64,000 nucleotides of DNA from Octopus vulgaris (Eukaryota), in NCBI GenBank assembly GCA_951406725.2, contig OX597821.1, positions 69,316,001 to 69,380,000 of the forward strand, in the 5' to 3' direction. The translations under genes were made by a program, and so were the position numbers. The notes under the pieces are model-generated. The model worked only from the letters and a program-made list of their open reading frames with translations, did no database searches and was not told the DNA's origin. Every line of letters starts with the position of its first letter. Position 1 is the stretch's first letter. Below are positions 13,805 to 26,916 of this stretch, piece after piece.

Positions 13805-15171
13805 CATCTGTCGTCCGCGCTAGCACGGGTTGGACGGTGAGTCTGGGAGCAGGGCACGTCAGTCTGAATGGCAGAGTTTTAGATGCCTTCTAGCACCCTC
13901 CGTGAGTGGATTGGTGCTTTACGTGCCACCTGCACAGGGCGAGGGTCGCATCGTCACGATGTTCGGCATTTTACTGTCAGCACGGGTCCGGGGACTTTGG
14001 GGATCAGGGTACTTGGGATCGATATGGGTAGTATGTGGAATTGCTGCAGAAGCAGGTCTTTAGTCACGCATTATCGTCACTGAGTAACGTAATTAGGTAG
14101 AGAAGAAAAAGATATTCTAGAGAGTTGGGAGGGGGTCAGTTGAGGGGGTATGGAGCAACGAAGGTTGGGGAGGAGGAACGATGGCAGGAAGGGTTTGTGG
14201 TTCAGAAATAACGTAGATTTGGGCGGAGGTATAGGGATGGTCGGAATGAGGCAGTGCAGGACGTAGATGGTGGCAGTTGATGACTATGCTAGCAGTTGAG
14301 CTATGCGCTGCCTAATGAAAGCATATGAGGAGAGGTAGTGGGGAGGAGGGTAGGCGTAGCGGGTAGATGAGTAGGCGTATCCGGTGTAGATGGTAGAACT
14401 GGTATAGGTATGGTGGTGGCGGTGGGTTTCACCGGTATTGGTGGTGGGGGGGAACAATGTTCATCGGTAGTGGTGGGCGGCGCGAGCCTGGGAAGATGGG
14501 AGAGAGGATTACGGCGAGGCCTAAGGTTAAATTTGTAGAGAGAGATAAAAGATAAATCAAGTTGCGCGGGCATCGACCAGGTTGAAATTGAAGAAGAAAG
14601 TAAGTTGATTGGAAAGATGGGAAGATGGGATCCGGCAGCCAAAGTTAAATTTTGAGAGAGAGATAAATCGTTGAAGGCTTGAAAGTATAAAAGGTTAAAT
14701 TTTAACAGTGTATGAATAAACGTAGTAAACAAAAAAAAAGATAAATTTTTAAGAACTTGCTGCGGGCATCGACCAGGAGTTGAATAGAGAAAGTAAGTTG
14801 AATTGGCGGAAGATGGAAGATGGATTACGGCTTGAGGCAGCCTAAAGTTAAATTTTGTAGATAGGGAAAATCAAGTATGAAGGTAAAGCTAAAATTAAAT
14901 TTCGTAACAGTGTATGAATAAACGTAGTAACAACAAATAAAGAGTAAGATAAATTTAAGAATCTGGGCATCGACCAGAGTTATGAGAAGAAGTAAGTTGA
15001 ATTGGAAGATGGAAGAGAGGGATTACGCTTGAGGACAGTAAATTTAGAGAGAGTGGAAGATAATGTTATGGCGAGCTGAGTAGCCTAAAGGTTAAATTTC
15101 ATAACAGTGTATGAATACGTAGTAACAACAAAAAAAAATAGATAAATTTAAGAACTTGCTGGTCAGGGTTG

Positions 15172-15172
<1 letters not shown>
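13803..15172 (-). repeat. RTE-tail-derived segment followed by purine-rich sequence and ~3 copies of an indel-rich ~200-bp unit
   Basis: gctagcacgggttggacgg start. gggcatcgaccag at ~14568, 14764, 14965. aacagtgtatgaata at ~14704, 14906, 15103. Confidence 0.65.
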
Positions 15173-15229
<57 letters not shown>

Positions 15230-15389
15230 AGAGAGAGAGAGAGAGAGAGAGAGAAAACACCCACATTCTTTCAGTTTCTGTTTGCTGAATCCACCTGTGA
15301 GCTTTGGCCATCCTGGAACTATAGTAGGGGACACTTGCTCAAGGTGCTATGCAATGAGACTGAACCCCAAATCATAGCGAGATGACTTT

Positions 15390-15500
15390 CCAATGCCCGG
15401 TCAAGTAGAAGTGCACCATATGAGCATGGAAGCCGTGGGTATGAGCCTGGGTGACACTGACCGTGGGTGCAGGTCTCAGTGGTAGAAGCAAATATTCCAA
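15390..15500 (+). pseudogene. Decayed 28S rRNA fragment inside a family C SINE
   Basis: gaagcc...gcctgggtg...ggtgcaggtctcagtggtagaagcaaatattc resembles the conserved LSU motif GGTGCAGATCTTGGTGGTAGTAGCAAATATTC (recalled). Confidence 0.7.
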
Positions 15501-15874
15501 CTTTTTAGCACACTGCCACACTTGTACCTGTATGGCAGTAATATGGAAACATAAAATGCACAGTCGTCAATAATCTCATGCTAATGGTCACTTTTGTATT
15601 CCCTTAATCTAGATTTCTTAAGACTGTTTTAGTAAACGTTATATATAATTCCTTTTGATTTAGCAGCGACAAATAACCAACAAGAAAGCGTGTATGTCGG
15701 GGCTTGATCTTTTAGAAATATCAGCCAAATCCTTTTCATATTGCACCCTACTATTGGAAAAGGAGAATGTTACAAAAATGATGGAATGGTCGTGACTGGA
15801 ATGCTTTTGACTGTAGATCTCTTTGATGTGCATTGACCTCGGGCTTAGCAATAACAACAATAACGTAGTAGTAT

Positions 15875-15915
<41 letters not shown>

Positions 15916-16948
15916 TTGATGGATAGTGGCAGTGGCAGTATCTGTATAATGTGGTGTATCTGATGATTCCTAAATGGCTGGTGATTTCAACTTAAACTTA
16001 ATACATGCATGTCTTGCAGGTAGATATATGTGTATGTTCATGTGTGCATGCTGATGACTGCACATGTGTATATATATGCCCATACGTATGTTAGTGTGGG
16101 TGTCACTAGATGTACCATACAAATGAATCCTTACATTCTTAATTCCAATTGGAGGAAAACTGGCACTGTTCTACTGAGTGAGGGAATATATAAGTATTTG
16201 TGAATGCATGTGTGTGTGCATGCACGTGCACACACACACATATACACACATACACACATATATGTTTGTGTATGTGTGCACATGCATTTGTGTGTACATG
16301 CACAAGTTTGTGTATTTACAAATGAGAATGTGTATGAGTGTATTTATGTATGTGAATGTGTATGTATTTATGTATGTACATTTGTGTATATGTGTGCGTA
16401 AATACATTTATATTCACACCACTTACCTGTTGATTATCTGTTTGTCATTGTTTATATCGTGCCAACCTTTAAAGTTATATTGTTGTTCTGTATTATGTAC
16501 TCAAAGTGTGTAAACAATGTTCATGGCAATCTTTAAAAGAAGAAAAGAAAGAACCAGTGCCTTTTTACCTGTTTAATTTTACTCTTTTACACAGCTTTAA
16601 GAAATATCTTGTGTGTGTGTGTGTGTATTTGTATAAATGTATGCATTTGTGTTTACAAAAAGTTGTAACAGTTCACCATCTTGGCAGTAGATAAAGCGAT
16701 ATTTTCCACTTAGCAATTCCTACAGTATATATACCATTCAAACATCCTTTTCTTCTCTTTTTATTACTGTGTGTGTACATTTAGAGCTATTTCAAACCCC
16801 CTGTCCCCATCACACACACCACATGTCATACTTCTCTCAAGTTTTCTGTGAAAATGAAAGGATGGAAAGCATTTAGATGTGAGTGTGTAGTATATCATCA
16901 TCATCATTGTTTAAAGCCTGCCTTCCATGCTAGCATGGGTGGAACATG

Positions 16949-16991
<43 letters not shown>

Positions 16992-17185
16992 CTGTCATGT
17001 CACATTAAAAACACCGATTCTTGTCTGATCACTGAAATTAAGCAATGTCGAGCCTAGTCAGTACTTAGATGGGTGACTGCTTGGGAAACCTAGGTACTGT
17101 AAACATATTTTGTTCCTAAGGTGGTGCTCCAGTATGGCTGCAATCATATGACTGAAACAAGTAAAAGAATATGTGTGTATATATA

Positions 17186-17220
<35 letters not shown>

Positions 17221-17223
<3 letters not shown>

Positions 17224-17368
17224 GGTATGGCTCTGTGATTGAGAAACTTGTGTCCCATTCATGTGGTTTTTGGTTCAGTCCCACTCCATGTCACCTTGGA
17301 CAAGTTTCTTCTGCTATCTGACCAAAGCCTTGTGAGTGGATTTAGACAGAAACTAAAAGAAGCTTGTA

Positions 17369-17462
<94 letters not shown>

Positions 17463-17750
17463 TGTGTGTATGTATATAATATATAGATGTGTGTATGTAT
17501 GTTTGTGTGTGCCCTTGTCCTCTTGTTTAAACGTCATGTGGTGGTTTTAAAAGAGCATCATCATACAAGCAAGGTTGTTTGTTTCCAGTCTCTTGCCTGA
17601 GAAATATCTGGCTATGAGGAAAATATTACCTTGCTTGGAAACGAGCGGGAGATGGTGACAGGAAGAGCATCCAGTTGTAGACAATCTGCCTGAACAAATT
17701 CTATCTGACCCATGCAAGCTTGGAAAAGTGGACATTAAATGAAGATGATG
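17221..17750 (+). mobile_element. SINE family C with internal (TG/TA)n and RTE-type tail
   Basis: Same head as 6962 and 51010. Tail ggaagagcatccagttgtag...ggacattaaatgaagatgatga. Confidence 0.75.
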
Positions 17751-18161
17751 ATATATATGTATATGTACTAAAAAGTGTTTAGAAGCCAATACAGTATAAA
17801 TTGGAAATAAGAAAGTGAAAACAGAGAAGTAAGAAGGGCAAAACAGTTTACACTTTACCTTGTATGTTGATGTTTTGGGAGGGAATATGGAGGATGGTGT
17901 CAAGCTGGCATCTTTTGCTTAACAAAGATACTCTATCATCAATGTTTTTATGCAAACAAACCAATTCTAATGTGTGTGTGTGTGTGTGTGTAAATATTTA
18001 ATGTTTATAGCTCAGTAGGGGGTTTAGAATAGAATCTATTTTTTTAATTGTATTTTTAGTTGTTTCTTCTATGGATGAGATTAGATTATAGGGTCCAAGC
18101 TTAACTGTTTTCTAGGAACTAAAAATAAACATATATGTATAGGAGTTTCTTCTTACACACA

Positions 18162-18202
<41 letters not shown>

Positions 18203-19649
18203 CTTTCTTTGGATTTAGTATGCTAGTTAATTTGTTGGTTTTGTGTGGAAATGAGATTGTAATTCAAAATCATGAGTCACCATTTTCACCCTGTTATCTC
18301 AGACATCCCATCAATTTGATTTACTTTCTTTTTAGTCCTTCATGGGGGAGTGACATGTTAATTTTGTTGATTTGTCATGTATTGGTGGTGGTGAGAGATT
18401 TAAACCCCCCCCCCCACCTGCAGAGCCAATTTGTTGATCTCACGTGTCAGCAACTTCAGTTCACTTAGCACTAGTATTCCACCCCCCACTGTGTCTCGCT
18501 AGATAGAATTTTGTGACATAATCTACTATAATAATACTCTTGTATCTTTCTCCATCACAACATATGATGAGAAAAGAAGGGGGTGATAGATGAATAAGGA
18601 AGGAAGAGGTGATGGCGAACTTGGTAGTAGGATGATGGAAGTTCTACGGTGAAAAAAAATTCAAACAGTGTTTCAACTCTGCACGAGTATATGTGTGTGT
18701 ATGTAAAAGGGAGTCATGTGAATGTTTGTGTGTGTGTGTGTGGTGTGTGTGCAATGGAAGTGGGATGGTGAACATTCAACGCTGAAAAGAAAAATCAAAC
18801 AGCGTTTCAACTCTGTGTGAGTATATGTGCATATGTGTGTTCATACAAGGGATGTATGTGAATGTTTGTGTCTGTGATTATTATGTACCTTATTTTGTAC
18901 CTTATTTATATATAAAATACTACAATTAGCTGTCATTTTTTTTTGACTGCACAGGACCAGCTCGTAAACTTATAATAACCTAGACAAATGTAAATATAAT
19001 TCACACGTCTAAAATAACTGCAATGTTACTGTTTTCTCTCTGGTCAATTAAACTCAGTGCTAGATTCTTGAGTTCTTCATATCAAATTCTGAATAGTTAT
19101 AGCTATCTTTTTGTGACAGGTAAGTCTTGACTTAACTCACCTTATACATTCAACTTCTAGACTGGCTGGGTAATAAACTGCATAAAAATCTGTCTTGATT
19201 AAGTTATTGCACATAACCTCATTAAACATTGCACCTAACAGTGAGCAGTGGTATGTCCTGAGTGTATCCAGCCATGTGTAGTGTCGTCACCATCATCAAT
19301 TAATGCCCACCTTCCATGCTGGCAAGAGTTGGATGGTTTGATAGGAGTTGGCAAGCCAGAGGACTGCTGTCCTCTGGTTTACTGTCGATGGTTTACTGTC
19401 AACTTTGTTATTGTTTACTGTCCATGGTTTACTGTCAACTTTGTTATTGTTCTATATCTGGATGCCAACCACTTTACAGAGTGCTCTAGGTACATTTTAT
19501 GTGGCACCAGCATCAGTGGGAGTCACCAAATAATTAGCAGAACAAGGCCCCTCAACTGAGGGTTGAGGTGTTGTATTGAGGGAAGTAACTTTGAGTCAGG
19601 TGGTCAGAGGTTAGAGTACGATAGAAGGACAGAAACAGGTGTCTTGCAG

Positions 19650-19869
19650 TAGAGAGGATACTGAAGAGTTCTGACTTTGGATGAAAGAAAATACGGGGGG
19701 ATCAATTAATTATAATTTTATTCAAGCTATTCCCCTCTCAGATTTACACACTTATTGCAGCAGTCCTTCAGTTTTTCTAAGCCCTGTAAAAGAACTCAAA
19801 AGGTTGGGCCTTCAACCAGGCCCTTTGTGATACCCTTAAAGCCAGGAACTTTCCAGCATCCCATCGTAC
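19650..19869. mobile_element. Mariner-like MITE
   Basis: Homologous to 29415-29636. Right TIR aaagccaggaactttccagcatcccatcgta. Confidence 0.65.
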
Positions 19870-20323
19870 ATGGCTACAAATTATTTGCTTGTGATCTCTA
19901 TCTTTAGCATAATAAGCCTACATATGTAGTAAGACTGATTGAAGCTATTTAACAATAACAGTAGCTATTGGAGGTAAAGGTGATTGAAAGCTATAGAGCT
20001 GTAAAGGTAACAGGCCAAATAATAAGCATGACTATAATGGTAGTATTACGGTAGGAGTAATATTTGTAAAAGATTATGGCAAACAAAGTATTGCTGTGTT
20101 TTAGGATATTGATAAGAATCTGCTTTGTTTCCAATGAGATAATACAAATAGAGCAAGGTAGAACTAAGCATATTGAATTCATTATCACCAGTGTTGTTCA
20201 TGGCAACATGGAAGCTTAACCTTTTAAGAATATCTGTCATATCTCTCAAATCACACTTTACTATCTTCAAAAGAGAGGACATGTTGGTTACATTGTATGT
20301 GGAAAAGAGGAGAAAACATGGAA

Positions 20324-20720
20324 TACTCTTTTACTTGTTTTAGTCATTTGACTGCGGCCATGCTGGAGCACCGCCTTTAGTCGAGCAAATCGACCCCAGG
20401 ACTTATTCTTTGTAAGCCTAGTACTTATTCTATCGGTCTCTTTTGCCGAACCGCTAAGTGACGGGGACGTAAACACACCAGCATCAGTTGTCAAATAATG
20501 CTAGGGGGACAAACACAGACACACAAACATATATATATATACATACATATATACGATGGGCTTCTTTCAGTTTCCATCTACCAAATCTACTCACAAGGCT
20601 TTGGTTGGCCCGAGGCTATAGTTGAAGACACTTGCCCAAGATGCCATGCAGTGGGACTGAACCCGGAACCATGTGGTTGGTAAGCAAGCTACTTACCACA
20701 CAGCCACTCCTGCGCCTATC
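20324..20720 (-). mobile_element. SINE family C with alternative tail (..gactaaaacaagtaaaagag)
   Basis: CpG-rich, apparently full length. Matches the split copy 57352-58155. Confidence 0.85.
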
Positions 20721-21875
20721 TGTGGTTGCTGAGTGAAAAGCCTCTGACTCACAGTCTGCTGGGTATTAAACAACAACTACTGCTGCCACCCTTATGCATG
20801 AAGACTAGAACACAATTGCAGCAATAGTGACTGAACTCTCAAACCATCAAACCCTCTAAAGTTTATTTGTATTAAATATGTTTCCTTTTGTTAAACAAAA
20901 AAAAAAGTTTTAAATGATTTCTGGTCAAGTTCCTGATTAACAAGTCTTTTGGAAATTTTTATGTTAGATGCATCTTCTTCATCATCATCATCAAGTGTTT
21001 TAAATCCGGGTTTTGTCCCTGTTAACAGGGGTGGCCAGATCTACCTCGGTGCCATAGCAACCGAGGTAGGTAGGTGCAGTCCAACCCAACCTTTGGACTG
21101 GCTGGCGTCCATTCTCCTTTGCTATCATGAGGCTTTTTTGAGCTGGATTTTCTACAGGGAGCATGCCCTTGCTTATCCCCAACCCCAGTTTCTAGACATG
21201 GGTGGTCCTGAGACCAAGACCTCTATTATAATTCTTAAGAAATGTGGTGAAAAACTAGCTCAGGAAAGCAGTTGGCACTACTCATTGAGACCCCTTTTGG
21301 AGCCCTCCTACCTCATGGAAAACTTTGGAAAACTTTTGATGAGTGGCTTGGAATTGTGATTATTCATTTAACACTATGACTCATCCAGAACTTAAACACC
21401 AGCCATTAATATACCAGTGAGCTATCATAGGAGTCTCTGTAGATATGTGACCTACTAGAAGGGGCAACTAAATCATCCTTCAATTACATGTCAGAATAGT
21501 CACAACTGGAATACTCTCAATCATTAGTCTGCTTGATCAGAGCTGTGTTGGGATTAAACAATAAGACCATCAAAACCTTGGAAAAATTTGTGGAAAGAGC
21601 TCCTGCAATTAAAACAGCAGTAAAAATTAAAATAGCAACAAAATATTTGTATTTATAAAATGAGAAATGTGAGAAATTGATTGACCACTTGTTGGTTGGT
21701 GACTGGCTTCTGAATTACGTTTCAGCAAATGAGTGATACATTTTGTTTTGGTGCTGGTCTGTTGCAGGTAATATTTCCAAGTAATCTGGTCCTCATTACC
21801 AACAGTTAGGTGAACTCATGTGCTAAAGAATAGTGTTCTTCAGTAGATGTCAGAATCTGTAAGCACATAGAATAA

Positions 21876-22165
21876 TCATCATCATCATTTAGCATCCGCT
21901 TTCCATGCTAGCATGGGTTGGACGGTTCAACTGGAGTCTGGGAAGCCAGAAGGCTGCACCAGGCCCAGTCTGATCTGGCAATGTTTCTACAGCTGGATGC
22001 CCTTCCTAACGCCAATCACTCCGTGAGTGTAGTGGGGGCTTTTTACGTGCCACCGGCACAGGTGCCAGACGATGCTGGCAACCGGCCACGATCGGATGGT
22101 GCTTTTTACGTGCCACCGGCATGGGGGCCAGGCGGGGTTGGCAACGGCCACGTTCGGATGGTGCT
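21876..22165 (-). mobile_element. RTE LINE 3'-end fragment with (CAT)n tail
   Basis: Matches 3' UTR of the LINE at 24976-26362. Further copies near 30420, 39445-39605 (+), 57570, 60523, 62424. Confidence 0.8.
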
Positions 22166-24975
22166 CTCTAAAATCAACCATTTTATTTACATTCCACTGA
22201 TATTGGCACCTGATTTGTTAGTCAGTTACTTTGGTATGATTTGATCTGCAAAACCCTAGCCTTCAGCTGTGAAATTTTACTCTTCTTCTCTGTGTTTAAT
22301 CATTAGAGATGCTACTACACAGTCACTCAACTTGCTAGGAATAGCAACCAAATCTTTATGTATTTACACCTTCCTGTCCTTTCTTGTTCTTTTCCTGTCT
22401 TGCAAGTTACTTGATGATCTCACTGGTGCCAGTGGCATGAAAAAAAAACACCCATTACGTACTGTAAAATGGTTGGCATTAGGAAGGGTATCCACCTGTA
22501 GAAAGCATGGCAAAGCTGACATTGGAGCTCACTGCAGCCCTGCAGCTTATCAGATCTTGTTAAATCATCCAACCCATGCCAGTATTGAAAACAATCATTA
22601 AATGATGATGATGATGATTATGTCTTGGAAAAAGAGAAGGATACTCTTGATAATGTAATCCTAGGTCCACTGTATGTGAAATATAAAGACTAGATGATGA
22701 CAGCTGGAACAGAGTTGACCTGGAGCCAAACAAGTACAACAACATTGACTTCCATGTCGTTTACTGTGAAATCCCTCTTGAGTTATTTCAACCCCACCCT
22801 TCAGAGTACATCAGGGAACTGAGAACAGACATCCAGAATAACTTCCTCTGGAAGCAAATAGCTTTAGTTCTCTCCTTACTGACTTCTGGGAAAGTTTTAC
22901 TGATTCAGCAAACAATTTGTACTGCTAAAATGTGTTATTATCATAATTAATTAATTGCCAACTGTCTATTAAACCTTGCTGCATATGTTCCAAGATGATA
23001 AAACAAAAATATATTGTGCTCAGTTTTTTTTTATTTAAATAAAAGCATAAATTAATTCCAATGTAGTAAATACCGTTTTGTCTTATTTATAATAATTATT
23101 TGTGTAGATTGTGTTTTTGAAAGTGCTTTTATTCAATCTTGTTATTTTATGTTTGAGGAAATAGAATATTTTCCAGATAAAATGTTGCTAAGTAGGATTC
23201 TCTCTCTCTCTCTCTCTCTCTCTCTCCAATCACTCTTACCTCTCCTGGTAAATTTTATCTTTGGAATTCTTGCAATTGGAATATGGCTGTTGGTTCTTCT
23301 GTCACTTGGCAAGTTTGTTGAAACAATCTCAGATGTGTAAAAAGTGTTATCTTACTTTATTCCTGATGCTGCTACGTTCACCTCTACATTGCCTCTCGTG
23401 TGTGCAGTTGTCATTATCATCATCATCATCATTACATTATTGATTTAACATTCACTTTGCCATACTTATATGGATCAGACAGAATTCATCGAGGTAGATT
23501 TTCTATAATTGAATGCCCTTCCTGTCATCAACCCTCATCTGTTTCCAGGCCAGGTAGTATTTTCCCTTGGAATGACTGTGACAGTCTTTTACAACTATCG
23601 CACAATGTCAAGTCAAAGACACACATGATGAGCTTCTGTCAGCTTCTGTCTACCAAATCCACCCACAAGGCTTCTTTGGTCAGTCTAGGGCTGTGGTAGA
23701 TACTTTCCCAAGATGTCACACAGTGGGACTGAACCTGAAACCACATGGTTGAGAAGTGAACCTGTTAACCAGACAACCATGTGTGGGCCTGTATGTATGT
23801 AGTAGACACACAATGTCTAGTTGTGAATAGCATTTCTTATTTTAGCACTCCTATGGCTGTGTGATGAGACAGGAAGTAGAAAACTGTACTAAGTTACAGT
23901 CAGTAATTTTCTGCTTCATGTTTTTAAAAATCTGAGCAGTAGCAATTTCTTTTTCTTTCTTTTGGGGTTTGTAGATTAATTAGCAGTAATATACCAGGGA
24001 TGCCTTACATGATTGATTGTTTTCTATCCTGTCTTGGATCTAGTTGCATCATTATTTTTGTAAATGCCATCATTGTTCTCCAGATTGACACACTGCCACC
24101 ACCAGCACTACCACATCATCACTACTGCCACCACCACCACCACCACCATCGCAAATGAATGTAGGGAGTCTCCATGCAGTTACTAGAAATAATATCCAGA
24201 TCCAATTGCACCCAGTTCTCTTTAAAAAAAGGAAGGACATATTTGATCATTTGATCTTAGATACAGTATATCTGAATAAAAGATGAGATGGTTGTAACTG
24301 GAATGCCTGAAATCATAGGTCTGAATCAGACCAGTTCTGGAGGAGTGGGGGTGAGAGGGTCAAACAACAATAACAACAACAACCACTGACACCATTTGTG
24401 CCTGTTTAAAAATTGTAATTTGTTTTATCAGTGCTTCTCACGAGGTTTGCTTTCATAACTGACACATCTGAGTCAGTATTTCCTAAAATTTCTTTGGATA
24501 TATTTGTCCCTTACTTCCTCTAACCCTTACTCCACCTAACCCAGCTTTTAGATCTCTGGTCCATCTCCTATTTCCTCAATATCTCCTGAGTCTTTTTTAC
24601 CCATCTTTGTAAACATTTTGCTGCATCATCTCAGCTGTTCTTTTTTATTAATTGAATGATTGTAGCTATGGATTAAAGAAATGATATATCTAGTTATGCA
24701 CACACACACATCCTTACACACATGCATGCACACACACACACACACACACTCTCTCTCTCTCACTCTCTCTCTCTCTCAAGCATAATGCATGGAGATGATA
24801 CAGATTTATAGATACATATGCATAGGCATGGCTATGTGGTAAGAAGCTTGCTGCCCAACCACATGGTTCTGGGTTCAGTCCCACTGCGTGGCACTTTGGG
24901 AAAGTGTCTTCTATAACCTAGGGCCAACCAAAGCCTTGTGAGTGGATTTGGTAGACGGAAACTGAAAGAAGCTCA

Positions 24976-26362
24976 TCATCATCATTATCGTCATTGTTTA
25001 ACGTCTGCTTTCCATTCTGGCACGGGTTGGACGGTTTAACTGAGAACTGGCCAGCCAGATGGCTGCACTAGGCTCCAATTTGATCTAGCAAGGTTTCTAC
25101 AGCTTGATGCCCTTCCTAATACCAACCACTCCAAGAATGTAGTGGGTGCTTTTTACGTGCTACCTGCACGGGGGCCAGTCATGCAGTTCTGGCATCAACC
25201 GTGCTCAAATGGTGCTTTTATGTGCCACTGGCACAGGAGCGTCAGGCAGCACTGGCAACGACCATGCTTGAATTGTGCTATTTACATGCCACCAGCATGG
25301 GTGCCAGTCAGGTGGTACTGACATTGACTCAACAGGTCTTCTCAAACTCAGTATATTGCCCAATGATTGAAGGGTACACTTAAATGGGCTGGTTATGTGA
25401 CACTGGCATAGGCCATGGTTACAGTCTCATTTGGTTTGCCGGATCTTCTGAAGCACAGCATATCTCCAAAGGTCTCAGATGCTTGTCATTGCCTCCATGA
25501 GGCCCAATGTTCAAAAGTTGTGCTTCACTACCTCATCCCAGGTCTTCCTGGGTCTACCTTTTTCACAGGTTCCCTCCACTATTAGGGTGTGACACTTTTT
25601 CACACAGCTGTCCTCATCCATACACAACACATGATCATACCAGCTCAGTCATCTCTTTTGCACATCACACCTGATGTCCAACTTTTCTCTCAGAGCACTT
25701 ATACTCTGTCATGTATGCACAATGACATTACACATCCAGTGGAGCATACTAGCTTCATTCCTTGCAAGCTTATGTATGGCTTCAGCAGTCACAGTCCATG
25801 TTTCACTGCAGTGTAGCATGGCAGTTTGCACACATGCATCATACAGTCTACCTTTCACTCTGAGCAAGAGGCCCTTTGTTACCAGCAGAAGTAGGAGCTC
25901 CCTGAACTTTGCCCAGGCTATTCTTATTCTAGCAGTTACACTTTCAGAGCATCCACCCCCACTACTGACTTGGTCACCTAGGTAATGGAAGCTATCAACT
26001 ACTTCTAGTTTTCCCCTCTGGCATGTGACGGAAGCTGTTTTCTGCACATTTTCAGTGTTTATTGCCCCTGTGCATCTGCCACACACAAAAACTATCTTCC
26101 CAGTTAGCCTTCCTTTGACATTGCTGCAACTCTTATGTGACCATAGCTTACACCAGGTACATTTTACGGGGTATCTACCTATGCCTTTTCTTCATCACCT
26201 CATCCCAAGTCTTCTACCTGAAGAGATTTGTGATTTGTCTGCCTTCCTACTTACTAAGACTTTGGTTTTTGCTATATTGACTCTAAGGCCCTTCGATTCT
26301 AGACCTTGCTTCCCCATCTGAAACTTCTCCTCTAGTTCTGATAGTGACTCAGCTATTAGATG
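24976..26362 (-). mobile_element. RTE-clade LINE, 5'-truncated and decayed, with 3' UTR ending in (GAT)n
   Basis: GLRVNIAKTKVL, LEVVDSFHYLG..GGCSESVTARIRIAWAKFREL..VKGRLYDACV..MLHCSETW typical of RTE RT C-terminus. Confidence 0.85.
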
Positions 26363-26686
26363 ATGATTCTGGTTGGTCCAATCAACTGAACAGCCAGCTT
26401 GTGAAATTATCGTGCAAGTGGCTGAGCACTCCACAGACATGCATACCATTAATGTAGTTCTTGAAGAGTCAGCAGCATAACACAGAATGTGACAAGGCTA
26501 ACCCTTTGAAATACAAGTACTACTCATTTCTGCCAGCTCCGTGTGCTGGAGCAATGTGAAGTAAAGTGTTTTGCTCAAGGATACAACATGCAACCCTTCT
26601 CAAGTAAAATCAGTGTGATACATGGTATAAATCAATAACCTCGAATCTCAGGTACAATTCATCTGACAGGGGTCTGCGCAGTTTCT

Positions 26687-26916
26687 TATTTCTTTATTGC
26701 CCACAAGGGGCTAAACACAGAGGGGACAAACAAGGACAGAGAAAGGGATTAAGTTAATTACATCAACCCCAGTGCGTAACTGGTACTTAATTTATCGACC
26801 CTGGAAGGATGAAAGGTAAAGTCGACCTCGGTGGAATTTGAACTCAGAACATAACAGCAGATGAAATACTGCTAAGCATTCGCCCGGCATGCTAACGTTT
26901 CTGCCAGCTTGCTGCT
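26687..26916 (-). mobile_element. Young SINE family M copy with 18-bp TSD
   Basis: ggggtctgcgcagtttct at 26669-26686 and 26917-26934. Confidence 0.9.

Noticed and set aside
14301-14732. 143-aa Pro/Thr-rich ORF
   Set aside because: Reverse strand of a purine-rich, probably error-laden repeat, with no recognisable domain.
16171-17550. ORFs rich in CV/YI/HT dipeptides (also 15092, 28207, 38027, 57578, 61177)
   Set aside because: Translations of (TG)n, (TA)n and (CA)n microsatellites.
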